Assembly (NCBI GenBank): GCA_038228235.1
Contig: JBBRPK010000010.1
Coordinates: 4,551-68,550, forward strand
Direction: 5' to 3'
Source: Verrucomicrobiota bacterium
Lineage (GTDB): Bacteria; Verrucomicrobiota; Verrucomicrobiia; Limisphaerales; JBBRPK01
Length of the DNA: 64,000 nucleotides
A model generated the notes under the pieces. That model ran no database searches. It had not been told where the DNA came from and worked only from the letters and a program-made list of their open reading frames with translations. Of this stretch, positions 35,106 to 44,043 are shown in pieces. How positions within the stretch are numbered: position 1 is the first letter of the stretch; every line of letters begins with the position of its first letter. Made by a program: the position numbers and the translations under genes.

Positions 35106-36188
35106 ATTCTTCATGGCCTTATCCAGCGCATCATAAAGCTGCTGCATAGTGGCTTCGGTTTCGTCCCCCATATTCGAGATGCGGAACGTGGTGCCTTTGA
35201 TTTTGCCGTAGCCGCCGTCAATCAGAAATCCTTCGTCTTTAACCAATTTCTGCAGTTTGGCCACATCGACAATGCGCCCTTCGGGCTTGGCCCCGTTGCT
35301 GATGCAGGTCAACGTGACCGATTCGTATTCGTCTTCGGGAAACAAGGTAAAACCTTGGCGCCGAGCCCAGGCGCGAGTGTTTTTGGCCAATTTTAGATGG
35401 CGCGCGTAACGCGCCTCCACTCCCTCGGCAAAGATATCGTCCAGCTTCGAGGCCAGCGCATAAATGTGGGCGATGCTCGGCGTGCTTGGCGTCATGTTCT
35501 GTTCCGCATTTTTTTGAAACTCAACGAAGTCGAAATAGTATCCCCGGTCCCTGGCTCGCGCCGCCTTGACAAGCGCCGCGGGCGAACACGTGAAGATGGT
35601 CAATCCCGGGGGCAGAGCAAAGGCCTTCTGAGTGCCGGCGAGCAGCACGTCCACCCGCAAGGCATCGAACTCTATTTTGGTGGCGCTCATCGAACTGACA
35701 GCGTCGATGATGAACATGACATCTGGAAATTTTTCCTTGAGGGCGGCGATTTGGTAGAGCGGGCTGACCACCCCGGTAGAGGTCTCATTGTGGATGAGTG
35801 TGAGGGCGTCGAACTCTCCGGTGGCGAGTTTGGCCTCAATTTGCTCGGCTTGGATGGGAGAGCCCCAATTCACCTTTAAGGCCTCGGCTGCCTTGCCGCA
35901 ACGCTGGGCGACGTCGAGCCATTTGTCCGAAAAAGCTCCGCACATGCAGCACAGGACCTTTTTCGAAACCAGATTGCGGAGGGCCCCTTCCATAACCCCC
36001 CAAGCGGAACTGGTGCTAAGAAAGACCAGTTGCCGGGTGTAAAGCAGGGTCTGTAATTGCGGTTGGATTCGGCCATAAAGCTCCTTGAATCCCTGCCCCC
36101 GATGCCCGATCATCGGCGAGCAAAAGGCGCGGAAGGTCTTCTCACTGACTTCGACCGGGCCAGGAATGTGCAGTTTAAGGTGTTCCAT
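35100..36188 (-). CDS. Class V pyridoxal-phosphate aminotransferase (serine-glyoxylate / alanine-glyoxylate / phosphoserine aminotransferase-like)
   Basis: MEHLKLHIPGPVEV..HRGQGF..IHNETSTGV..IIDAVSS..GTQKAF is typical of the AGXT/SgaA family. The start at MEHLK (residue 13 of the ORF-track product) is preferred. Confidence 0.85.
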   Translation of the reverse strand: MEHLKLHIPGPVEVSEKTFRAFCSPMIGHRGQGFKELYGRIQPQLQTLLYTRQLVFLSTSSAWGVMEGALRNLVSKKVLCCMCGAFSDKWLDVAQRCGKAAEALKVNWGSPIQAEQIEAKLATGEFDALTLIHNETSTGVVSPLYQIAALKEKFPDVMFIIDAVSSMSATKIEFDALRVDVLLAGTQKAFALPPGLTIFTCSPAALVKAARARDRGYYFDFVEFQKNAEQNMTPSTPSIAHIYALASKLDDIFAEGVEARYARHLKLAKNTRAWARRQGFTLFPEDEYESVTLTCISNGAKPEGRIVDVAKLQKLVKDEGFLIDGGYGKIKGTTFRISNMGDETEATMQQLYDALDKAMKNL

Positions 36189-36311
36189 GCCGGAAGAGTT
36201 TTCACAAGCTGAGGGGGATGGCAAGCGCCGAGTAGGAATTGAATTGCGGAAATCTTTGCAAACGTCCGTGCGGCTGTTACCTTTAATCAGGCTTGAGCTC
36301 GGCTGGCTTCT

Positions 36312-37106
36312 ATGACCAAGACCAAATCGAAATCTTTACTGCACGATAAGCAGAGCGAGCGGGACCATCGCCAATTGCGCATCGACAAGGTGGGCGTGCG
36401 AGGCTTGCGCTTTCCCGTCCAAATCCGCGACAAGGCGCATGCTCTTCAGAATACCGTCGCCACCATCGGATTGTTTGTGGATTTGCCGAAGGAATTTAAA
36501 GGCACCCACATGAGCCGTTTTATTGAGGTGCTCAACGCGCATGGCAGTGTCGTCCATGTGGACAATATCACTGATATTCTGCTGGCCATGCAAAAGAAAC
36601 TGAACGCCAGCACCTCGCATCTGGAGATGGAGTTCCCATTTTTTCTAACCAAAAAAGCGCCGGTTTCGGGCAGGGAAGGCGTGGTGCATTACATGGCTCG
36701 CTTCGACGCGACCGCTTGCGGAAAGGACATTGATTTTGTGCTGACGGTTAAGGCGCAGGTGACCACCTTGTGCCCCTGTTCCAAAGCGATCAGCGCCTAC
36801 GGCGCGCACAACCAGCGCGGGGAGGTCACGGTGCAACTTCGCTCTGCCCAAGCCATCTGGATTGAAGACGTGATCGCCATGATCGAAAGCTCGGCCAGCT
36901 CTGAATTGTTCTCATTGCTCAAACGGGAGGATGAAAAAGCTGTCACGGAGCGGGCCTACCAAAATCCCGTTTTCGTGGAGGACCTCGTCCGTAATGTGGT
37001 TGTGAAACTCAATGCCCATCCCGACGTAACCTGGTACAAGGTCGAAGCTGAAAACTACGAAAGCATCCACAACCATAATGCCTATGCCTCGATTGAGAAG
37101 GGCTGA
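36312..37106 (+). CDS. folE2: GTP cyclohydrolase FolE2 (type IB)
   Basis: IDKVGVRGLRFPV..GTHMSRFIEVL..TTLCPCSKAIS.YGAHNQRG matches the FolE2/MptA (DUF198) signatures. Confidence 0.85.
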   Translation: MTKTKSKSLLHDKQSERDHRQLRIDKVGVRGLRFPVQIRDKAHALQNTVATIGLFVDLPKEFKGTHMSRFIEVLNAHGSVVHVDNITDILLAMQKKLNASTSHLEMEFPFFLTKKAPVSGREGVVHYMARFDATACGKDIDFVLTVKAQVTTLCPCSKAISAYGAHNQRGEVTVQLRSAQAIWIEDVIAMIESSASSELFSLLKREDEKAVTERAYQNPVFVEDLVRNVVVKLNAHPDVTWYKVEAENYESIHNHNAYASIEKG

Positions 37107-37260
37107 TAATTCCCGAAACCCTCGCTGCTTCTCTTTTTTTTCATTTTCTTGTGGCTTATTTGAATTCCTTTGCTACATTCGCCCACTCTCGATGGATGAA
37201 GGGATAAGGTCCACCTGAAACGAGAAGCAATTTAGCAATGCAAGTTAAAAAAACCCTGTT

Positions 37261-37851
37261 GTGACAACGCATAAAAAACCAACGAAAAAGAGCGTTCCGG
37301 CGGCGAAAAACAAGCAGCGAGTCATCGCCACGGCCGCGGCCATCCTGGGCCAGATGCCTCAGAAAAACGCGAAGTTTAAGCCGGCCAATATAAAAATCAA
37401 ACCGGAGTGGGCCAAATTTCATAAGGATTTAATGGATCTCCGGGATCGACTGCTCAACCAGATGAATGGCCTGGCCAAAGAGTCCGCTGAAGAAATGCCT
37501 GGCTACAGCCTCCATATGGCCGATTCAGGGACCGATAATTTTGATCGCGATTTTGCCTTAAGTTTGCTATCCTCAGACCAGGATGCCATTTACGAAATCG
37601 AGGAGGCCCTCAAGCGTATCGAGAAAAATACTTATGGTGTTTGCGAATTGACCGGAAAAACCATTCCCAAGACCCGTTTGGCGGCGATTCCCTGGACCCG
37701 TTTCACGGTCGAGGCCCAAGGCCAGTTGGAACGGGAAGGGGCCTTGCGTCAGCGCCGCCTGGGCGCTCTGGGCACCGTCGATAGCGCTGGCGCCGTCGAG
37801 GTGGAAGAAGAAGATGAAGTGGAAGAGAAGCCGGTGAAGGAAAAGGAATAA
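37261..37851 (+). CDS. DksA/TraR-family protein, non-canonical (only one Cys in the zinc-finger region)
   Basis: FALSLLSSDQDAIYEIEEALKRIEKNTYGVCELTGKTIPKTRLAAIPWTRFTVEAQ aligns with the DksA C-terminal region, but CxxC..CxxC is reduced to a single C. There is a basic N-terminal extension and an acidic tail. GTG start. Confidence 0.6.
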   Translation: MTTHKKPTKKSVPAAKNKQRVIATAAAILGQMPQKNAKFKPANIKIKPEWAKFHKDLMDLRDRLLNQMNGLAKESAEEMPGYSLHMADSGTDNFDRDFALSLLSSDQDAIYEIEEALKRIEKNTYGVCELTGKTIPKTRLAAIPWTRFTVEAQGQLEREGALRQRRLGALGTVDSAGAVEVEEEDEVEEKPVKEKE

Positions 37852-37857
37852 CAAATC

Positions 37858-38025
37858 ATGGCCCGAGAAATCATTACCATCGAATGCACCGAGGCGCGCA
37901 AAGAAGGCAAGTCGCCCTCCCGCTATACCACCACCCGCAACAAAAAACTCAAGACCGAAAAGCTGGAGATTAAAAAATATAATCCGGCCCTGCGCCGCCA
38001 TACGCTGCATCGGGAAGTGAAGTAA
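37858..38025 (+). CDS. rpmG: 50S ribosomal protein L33
   Basis: Not in the ORF track (55 aa). [55 protein letters not shown] matches the L33 pattern YTTTKNKR...EKLEL.K..P..R.H....E.K. ATG at 37858, TAA at 38023-38025. Confidence 0.9.
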   Translation: MAREIITIECTEARKEGKSPSRYTTTRNKKLKTEKLEIKKYNPALRRHTLHREVK

Positions 38026-38029
38026 TTTT

Positions 38030-38296
38030 ATGCCTCGTAAAACCCACACAGAAAAACGCGACTCAAAAAGAGGGCGCGGCAAGTCCACTTCAGTCGAGAA
38101 ACGCACTCCACGTCCCAAACCCAAGATTGATTTTACAGTGGATGCGCTCGACTACAAAAACGTCAATTTGCTCAGGCAGTTCGTCACCGATCAAGGCCGA
38201 ATACTACCCCGCAAATACACGGGTCTCCCGGCGCATTATCAGCGCCAGCTCAACCGCTCCATTAAACGCGCTCGCCAAATGCTGTTGATGAAGTAG
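38030..38296 (+). CDS. rpsR: 30S ribosomal protein S18
   Basis: DYKNVNLLRQFVTDQGRILPRKYTGLPAHYQRQLNRSIKRARQMLLM is the S18 core signature. Confidence 0.9.
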   Translation: MPRKTHTEKRDSKRGRGKSTSVEKRTPRPKPKIDFTVDALDYKNVNLLRQFVTDQGRILPRKYTGLPAHYQRQLNRSIKRARQMLLMK

Positions 38297-38317
38297 GCCC
38301 CGTCGGCGAACGGGGCC
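38296..38317 (+). terminator. GC-rich hairpin immediately after rpsR (possible terminator, no clear U-tract)
   Basis: GGCCCCG-tcggcgaa-CGGGGCC begins within the stop codon of rpsR. Confidence 0.3.
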
Positions 38318-38556
38318 AGCAGGCTGTGTTCAAAGCGAAGGGCCGAAGGCCTTGCCCAATGCCGAACGGGTTTTCTACCCCGCTAAGCGAAACTCCTTAT
38401 ATTGAGCCCGCAACCGCCTGGCTCCTTCCGCCATCGCTCGCAGTCCGTGAGAGGACAAGCCCTGCCACCGTAGCAAGATTCCTCGCAGATATGCTCGCTC
38501 GTCACGCCTCGTTCTAGAGACAAATCCACTCAACGGCGGCTAACCGATTTTTGGGA

Positions 38557-39600
38557 TCACCGTTCTTTGGTTCGAAACTCTCGGTGGTGTCCCGTCGCGG
38601 GAATGCTAAGCGTATAGGACTTCGTGTCGAGCGCCACGGAGAGCTTGATGAAACTCCCGGCACAATCGCGGCCGAGGTTGGCGATAAGATCATCCTGCGT
38701 GTTGTTTTCTTCGTCTGGTCGCAGATTTTTGTGGAGTTGATAACTAGCCTGGATCGAAGGCGTGCTTCTAAGCGTGGACATAGTTTCCGGCCCGGTGCCC
38801 TTAGTCGAGCCGTTGTTCATCACCGTAACAGTCGGAGCGAGGGATTTCACCAGAAGCGGGTTGTTGCTGACATCAAGGCCATGATGGTCCACTTGGTAAA
38901 CGTCCACGGTGCCAATCCAATTGGTCGGGCATACCAAGTCCCTTTCGGTGTTCCAGGTGAGATCGCCCCCATCGAAAAACCGAAAGTCACCGTAATCGAG
39001 GATGATTACAATGCTGTTCCTGTTGTCAGAGGTGTCGGGGTCCTTTTCCTGTCCACCCGCGCACAGAGCGTTGTTCGTCCTAAGCGTGCCGGGGAGATGA
39101 AAGAACTCTTGCTTCGCCGCGACGCAGCGCAGAACCAGCTTTTGCGTGCCCTCGAGTTGTTTCAGCAACAACACCGTGCCAGGAGTAATTCTTCGGCGGC
39201 TCTCGCATTTCATCTTCTGGTAAGGCGCCGCCGTGTTAAGCCATCGCTCCGTGTTTGTGCCGCCGTCCGGGTCAGTCGCGGGAACGCCATTGTCCCAAAC
39301 CGTGCCCACTTGGATTTTCTCCGACAGTTCCGCCGCGCCGCCGAAATGGTCGAGGTGGAAATGAGTCGTGATGTAATGATCGATGCGCTTGATTCCGGCC
39401 ACTTCGCTGGCAACTTTGAAAATCCGCGAGGCGTCGCGCCCGCCAGGATTTCCTGAATCGATCAAGACTGCTTGATTCGCAGGCGTGACGATGAGTGTTG
39501 ACCCACCGCCTTCGGAATCGATCCAGTAAACCTCCAGCGTTCTCTGGGCGCTGAATGACGCAAGCGCGCTGCAAAGCAAAATGAGCAAAATGGATTTCAC
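38557..39600 (-). CDS. Secreted MBL-fold metallo-hydrolase (ComEC-C/Rec2-related beta-lactamase fold)
   Basis: Signal peptide [41 protein letters not shown]...[16 protein letters not shown] contains the HxHxDH motif. Confidence 0.8.
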   Translation of the reverse strand: MKSILLILLCSALASFSAQRTLEVYWIDSEGGGSTLIVTPANQAVLIDSGNPGGRDASRIFKVASEVAGIKRIDHYITTHFHLDHFGGAAELSEKIQVGTVWDNGVPATDPDGGTNTERWLNTAAPYQKMKCESRRRITPGTVLLLKQLEGTQKLVLRCVAAKQEFFHLPGTLRTNNALCAGGQEKDPDTSDNRNSIVIILDYGDFRFFDGGDLTWNTERDLVCPTNWIGTVDVYQVDHHGLDVSNNPLLVKSLAPTVTVMNNGSTKGTGPETMSTLRSTPSIQASYQLHKNLRPDEENNTQDDLIANLGRDCAGSFIKLSVALDTKSYTLSIPATGHHREFRTKER

Positions 39601-39693
39601 GCGGGCAGTTTATCCCCAAAAACATTCAGAATGCAAGCGGTGTTGCGCGGGGCTCAGCAACCCTCATTATGGCAGGGGATCGGCACAATTTTC

Positions 39694-39882
39694 GGAAGGA
39701 CGAGTTCCACGAGTCCCCATTTTCTTAAGAGCGTGTTTTAAAAACCTACGAACGCGCCGCGTGAGGGCACGTGGCCTACACGAAACGGCGGGAAATCGGC
39801 TCTTTTGTAGGCCCGGTCCCCTGACCGGGCGATTTTTAAAACACGCTCTAATAGATCAGGGACTCGTGGAACTCGTCCTTCC
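39694..39882. repeat. Long-hairpin repeat, family B, copy 2, carrying a nested family C MITE in its loop
   Basis: Arms at 39694-39717 and 39859-39882 are identical to copy 1. The loop is expanded from ~21-27 nt to 141 nt by the element at 39729-39848. Confidence 0.85.
39729..39848. mobile_element. MITE-like element, family C (120 bp), inserted into hairpin B2
   Basis: 16-nt perfect terminal inverted repeats GAGCGTGTTTTAAAAA / TTTTTAAAACACGCTC. It is flanked by an identical TAA on both sides (39726-28, 39849-51), consistent with a 3-bp target-site duplication. Confidence 0.8.
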
Positions 39883-40065
39883 GACCATGTCGTCCCACAT
39901 TGCCATGATGAGAACTGCTGCGCGCGTATTTATACGAAGCGCGGAAAATGGACGTGGAGCGGAGCCAGCAAGAAAGTCCTCGTCGCTTTTTTGGCCTGCC
40001 GCAAGGCAAATGAGGCGCTCCCGGGGTACGATCAACCCTGGACAAATTATCAGGAGAAAGTTTTA

Positions 40066-40328
40066 GAGCCTGTTTTAAAATTGCGTGGGGTCCTGCGGCG
40101 AGGGATTTTGGCTGTGGCCAAGGCGGCGAGGCCGGAGCATCCCCGCAGCGGGCTGTGATGGCCGAGTCAACGCAGGCAGCAGACAAAAGACCCGCCGCCC
40201 GGAGGGTTTTCGTACGCCGACTACCTTTGTTGCTCCTCGGTCACAGACCCCTGGCGGGTATGCTCGCTCGTCGCGCCTCGCCATCCAGCGCACGAAAACA
40301 GAACCACACGGAATTTTAAAACAGGCTC
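40066..40328. mobile_element. MITE-like element, family A, copy 2 (263 bp)
   Basis: Same 30-nt terminal inverted repeats as 8029-8302. It is flanked by an identical TTA (40063-65 and 40329-31), a 3-bp target-site duplication. An internal stem is retained with different sequence (GTTTTCGTACGC / GCGCACGAAAAC). Confidence 0.85.
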
Positions 40329-40401
40329 TTATAGGCCAAATTACAAAAACTCTGTCGGGTTTGCCGCTGGTAAGACATTCTTTATATGAAGCTTCGTGTT
40401 T

Positions 40402-43400
40402 ATGAACGATTTTGAACTGTTACAGAGCTATGCCCACGAACGTTGTGAGGAGGCGTTCCGCACTCTCGCAACGCGTTACATTGACCTGGTCTATTCGGCG
40501 GCATGGCGCCAGACTGGCCAGGTCCAGGCGGCACAGGATGTGACCCAGGCCGTTTTTATGGTCCTTGCCCGCAAAGCCGGAACCATCCGGCGGGAGACGG
40601 TTCTGGCAGGCTGGCTTTTGCGCACCACCCGGTTCACGGCGAGCAATGCGCGGCGTCTCGAAAATCGACGGCGGCATTACGAAGGGGAAACCATGCAATC
40701 CGACATTTATCCGACCGAAACTGAGGCCGCCTGGAAACAAGTTGCGCCATTGTTAGACGAAGCATTGGAGCATCTTGGCGAGAAGGACCGCATCGCCATT
40801 CTGCTTCGCTTTTTTGAGAAGAAGACGTTGAAGCAAGTAGGAGTCGCAATGGGTGTGAGCGAGGACAGCGCCCAAAAACGCGTCACACGAGCGATCGACA
40901 AATTGCGGATCCTGCTTGCTCGTCGCGGCAAGGCGGTTTCGATGGGAGCTTTAAGCGGAGGTTTGGCCGTTTACTCGGTTCAAGCGGCTCCGGGAAGCTT
41001 GGCTGCAGTCCTGGCAACAGCGTTCCGTTTGGCCGGAACGATAAAGGGGGCTGGCGTTGCCACCCTGGGCGGCGAAACCTTGAAGGCTTTGGCGCGTGAG
41101 CATTTCAAGATCCTCGCTGTGCGATTCGGGAGCATCGCGATGCTAATCGCAATGGCGGTTGTGATATTAACTCGGAAGCGCGAACCGGAAGCGAAGACGC
41201 AGTTTTTGGCGAAGTCAACGCCACCTCCGTCTTCGCCTGCCCCGGCGCAGGTTGCACTTGGAACTCCGGCCAAGGCTGGAGTCGCAGGCACTCCGCTCGA
41301 TATGGCAGAGATGCAGATGCGCGTGCTGGACTCGCAGACCGATGCTCCTGTAACGAACGCTCGATTGACCCTCGTGTCAGAAACCTCTGCTGACCGGACG
41401 ACGAACAGCTTCGTTACAGATGAGAAAGGCGCCACCATGATCTCGTACTCCCCTATGGCAGGCAATTCGTGGAGTCATCAGATCGAGATTTTCCGCGACG
41501 GCTACGTGCCGAAATTCCTGAGCTGGTCGAAATCGCAAGAGGACCACATTGGCGAAATCCCGGCGGAATACACTCTAAAGCTCGATCCCGCTGTCACGAT
41601 TGGAGGAGTTGTTTTAGATGAGCAACAGGCTCCGATTTCCGGCGTGAGGGTTGTTTTCAGCGTCTCCGGCCCGAGTCCGGGCGCTTCGAGATCCCGTGAG
41701 CGCCTCACCATGATGGGCGATTATCACGTGGAAGCGACGGATGAACGCGGGCGCTGGACTTGCAGCCACGTGCCGAAAAGGTTTGGGATGATCGACTACC
41801 GACTAGTTCACCCGCGCTATCAGGAGAAGCTCTATGCCTCCGACTCGCCGGACTCGCCCGCGACCGTGGGTGTGGAACGCGTGGCTGAGATGGATCTTCT
41901 GGCGGCGAAATCAGTAATGCAGATCAAATCCGGACTCATAATTGTGGGCGCGGTGATCGACGAGGCGGGCCAGCCTGTCGCCGGGGCGAAAATTACACAG
42001 GATTTCGCCTTTCGCGATCCGCAGCGAACAAGCCTGACCAGTGACGAGGGCACCTTCCAGTTCCACAATGGTTGTCCTCGTGAAGTTTCCCTCACCGTGC
42101 AGGCGGAGGGCCTTGCCCCCCTCGTTACGACGGTTTTCGTCGATGCGCGAGCAGAGCGGCTGCGCGTGACGCTTCCTCATGGCCAACTCTTGCTTGGGCG
42201 CGTGGTGGACGAATTGGAGCAACCCATCGCGCACGCGATCATCAAACCGCGAAGCCCCACAGCGGATTCGAGGACGATCTTCGAATGGCACACCAAGAGC
42301 GATACTGAAGGCAGGTTTTCCTGGGAAAATGCGCCTTCCAGCCAGGAATATGCGGTCGAGGCCTCCGAACATGAGTCCGAGGGAAGGATCCAATTGATCG
42401 CGAATGGGACAGAGCAGGTCATCAAACTGACAAAGCAAACCGGGGCTCCCGTGCGCATTGTCATTCAGGTCGTGGAAGCCGAGACCAAAAGGCCACCATC
42501 CGGAGCGCGCGTGCAAATTTGGGAAACGACGCGTGAAAAAAATGGAAGCTTATCGAGCTTTACTACGCGACCTGAGGACGCGGGCACCGACGGGATCCTT
42601 CGGCTCAAGACTTCGCCCGGGGCAATTCGTTATGCCCTTGAGGCACAAGCCGATGGTTATCGGCCTTGCCGGTTGACGAATGAGGTCACGGCAGTGGGGA
42701 ACGTGCACCTGCAAATGGAACTCTCCAGATCTCCCCTGTGCTCGGGAGTTGTCCTCACTCCAAAAGGCGAATTCGCGGCGCGGGCGACACTAGTCATATG
42801 CAGCCACAATGAGTGGGCCCAGATGAGCCAGCCCGGCAAGCTGGGGATTGACACGTTCTACATCGGCACGATCTCCGATGGCGAAGGCCAATTCCGTTTG
42901 CCGCCTAAGTACGCTCCGGAGTCCGTAGTTATTGCTCATGCAGAGGGCTTCCAAGCGGTGCCTTATGATAAGATGAGTTCCAATGTCGTCATCACGCTGC
43001 AACCCTGGGGCCGGATTGAAGGGACGTTGCGCCTCAACGGCAAACCACTCGATCGAGCCGGCATCCGCCTTGATCGGCTGCATGATTCTGACGGGTCGCC
43101 ACATGTTTCGATGGCGTTCGACGTCCAGACGGATCAAGAAGGCAGATTCGTCTTCGAGACCGTTCCACCCGGAGAATGGATGGTCGAGCATGCCATCCGC
43201 GTTCGTCCACTTGGCAAACTGCGCGTGGATTCCCCGATTGGCAGCCACGGGGTACCAGTTCGCGTTCACCCTGGAGAGACCGCTCGCCTTAACCTGGGTG
43301 GCACCGGCCGGCCCGTCCTGGGCAGGACTATGGTGCCGGGGAACACCAGGCCAATCCTCTGGACTGAAAACTCGGTGGTCCTCACGCTTAAAGCTGCTTC

Positions 43401-43674
43401 GGGCGTCCCACAGTTGGCCCAGGTCTATGGCGCCGTTTTCGCAGCGGACGGATCATTCCGGATCGAGGATGTTCCATCCGCCGATTACAAGCTCAAGATT
43501 AATCTACTCGATTTACCCACCACGAATTTTGATAATGTGCGTGAAAATCTCCGAATCATCGGCTCCCTCGAAATGGATGTGAATATACCTCCGACGCTTG
43601 GTGACGGGGAGGAGCAACCTGTGGATTTGGGCATTCTCCGACTGACGACCGCGAGCCCCGGGTCGAGCGATTGA
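40402..43674 (+). CDS. ECF sigma-70 factor fused to a transmembrane helix and an ~800-aa extracytoplasmic region of carboxypeptidase-regulatory-like/Ig-like beta-sandwich repeats
   Basis: Region 2 is FRTLATRYIDLVYSAAWRQTGQVQAAQDVTQAVFMVLAR and region 4 is LGEKDRIAILLRFFEKKTLKQVGVAMGVSEDSAQKRVTRAIDKLR. TM segment FGSIAMLIAMAVVILT. These are followed by repeated G.V.D..G.P..GA.V modules. The ATG at 40402 (MNDFELL) is preferred to the GTG at 40396. Confidence 0.8.
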   Translation: MNDFELLQSYAHERCEEAFRTLATRYIDLVYSAAWRQTGQVQAAQDVTQAVFMVLARKAGTIRRETVLAGWLLRTTRFTASNARRLENRRRHYEGETMQSDIYPTETEAAWKQVAPLLDEALEHLGEKDRIAILLRFFEKKTLKQVGVAMGVSEDSAQKRVTRAIDKLRILLARRGKAVSMGALSGGLAVYSVQAAPGSLAAVLATAFRLAGTIKGAGVATLGGETLKALAREHFKILAVRFGSIAMLIAMAVVILTRKREPEAKTQFLAKSTPPPSSPAPAQVALGTPAKAGVAGTPLDMAEMQMRVLDSQTDAPVTNARLTLVSETSADRTTNSFVTDEKGATMISYSPMAGNSWSHQIEIFRDGYVPKFLSWSKSQEDHIGEIPAEYTLKLDPAVTIGGVVLDEQQAPISGVRVVFSVSGPSPGASRSRERLTMMGDYHVEATDERGRWTCSHVPKRFGMIDYRLVHPRYQEKLYASDSPDSPATVGVERVAEMDLLAAKSVMQIKSGLIIVGAVIDEAGQPVAGAKITQDFAFRDPQRTSLTSDEGTFQFHNGCPREVSLTVQAEGLAPLVTTVFVDARAERLRVTLPHGQLLLGRVVDELEQPIAHAIIKPRSPTADSRTIFEWHTKSDTEGRFSWENAPSSQEYAVEASEHESEGRIQLIANGTEQVIKLTKQTGAPVRIVIQVVEAETKRPPSGARVQIWETTREKNGSLSSFTTRPEDAGTDGILRLKTSPGAIRYALEAQADGYRPCRLTNEVTAVGNVHLQMELSRSPLCSGVVLTPKGEFAARATLVICSHNEWAQMSQPGKLGIDTFYIGTISDGEGQFRLPPKYAPESVVIAHAEGFQAVPYDKMSSNVVITLQPWGRIEGTLRLNGKPLDRAGIRLDRLHDSDGSPHVSMAFDVQTDQEGRFVFETVPPGEWMVEHAIRVRPLGKLRVDSPIGSHGVPVRVHPGETARLNLGGTGRPVLGRTMVPGNTRPILWTENSVVLTLKAASGVPQLAQVYGAVFAADGSFRIEDVPSADYKLKINLLDLPTTNFDNVRENLRIIGSLEMDVNIPPTLGDGEEQPVDLGILRLTTASPGSSD

Positions 43675-43759
43675 TGTGGCTTCCAGCTCGCGAGCGAAGA
43701 AATTAAATAGCGAAATGCGTGCCTCCAATAGTTGTCTACCTTCTCTCATGGGTTACGCA

Positions 43760-44017
43760 CTACTGGACTGCTCCACCCAACGCGCCACCCGCGCTCCGCA
43801 GGATCATGAGGTGCTGCTGGACAAGTCCGACCGCCTCGATTGGACCACCCTCTGCAAATGTGATTTTAATTATGCGGTGCCCCGCGGTGAGCTGAAGAAC
43901 CACGTCGTTCTGCACAATCCCGCGTTGGGCGAAATTGGAGAGTTCAGCCGTTCGCTCAATGGCGTATTTCTCGAAAATTGCGGGGACGATAATGTCCGCC
44001 ACTTGGGTTTTTACCAT
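43760..44017 (-). pseudogene. N-terminal fragment of a phage major capsid protein
   Basis: MVKTQVADIIVPAIFEKYAIERTAELSNFAQRGIVQND.. resembles the N-termini of HK97-fold capsid proteins recalled from podo/siphophages (..SDVIVPEVF.PYV...T.E.S.L.QSG.V..D). The ORF ends after 85 aa. It lies directly downstream of a scaffold-like gene. Confidence 0.4.
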
Positions 44018-44043
44018 GGATTAAACTCCGGTTGTAATCCTGC

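Noticed and set aside
38551-39456. 301-aa plus-strand ORF
   Set aside because: It is antisense to the MBL-fold hydrolase, which has a signal peptide and the HxHxDH motif.
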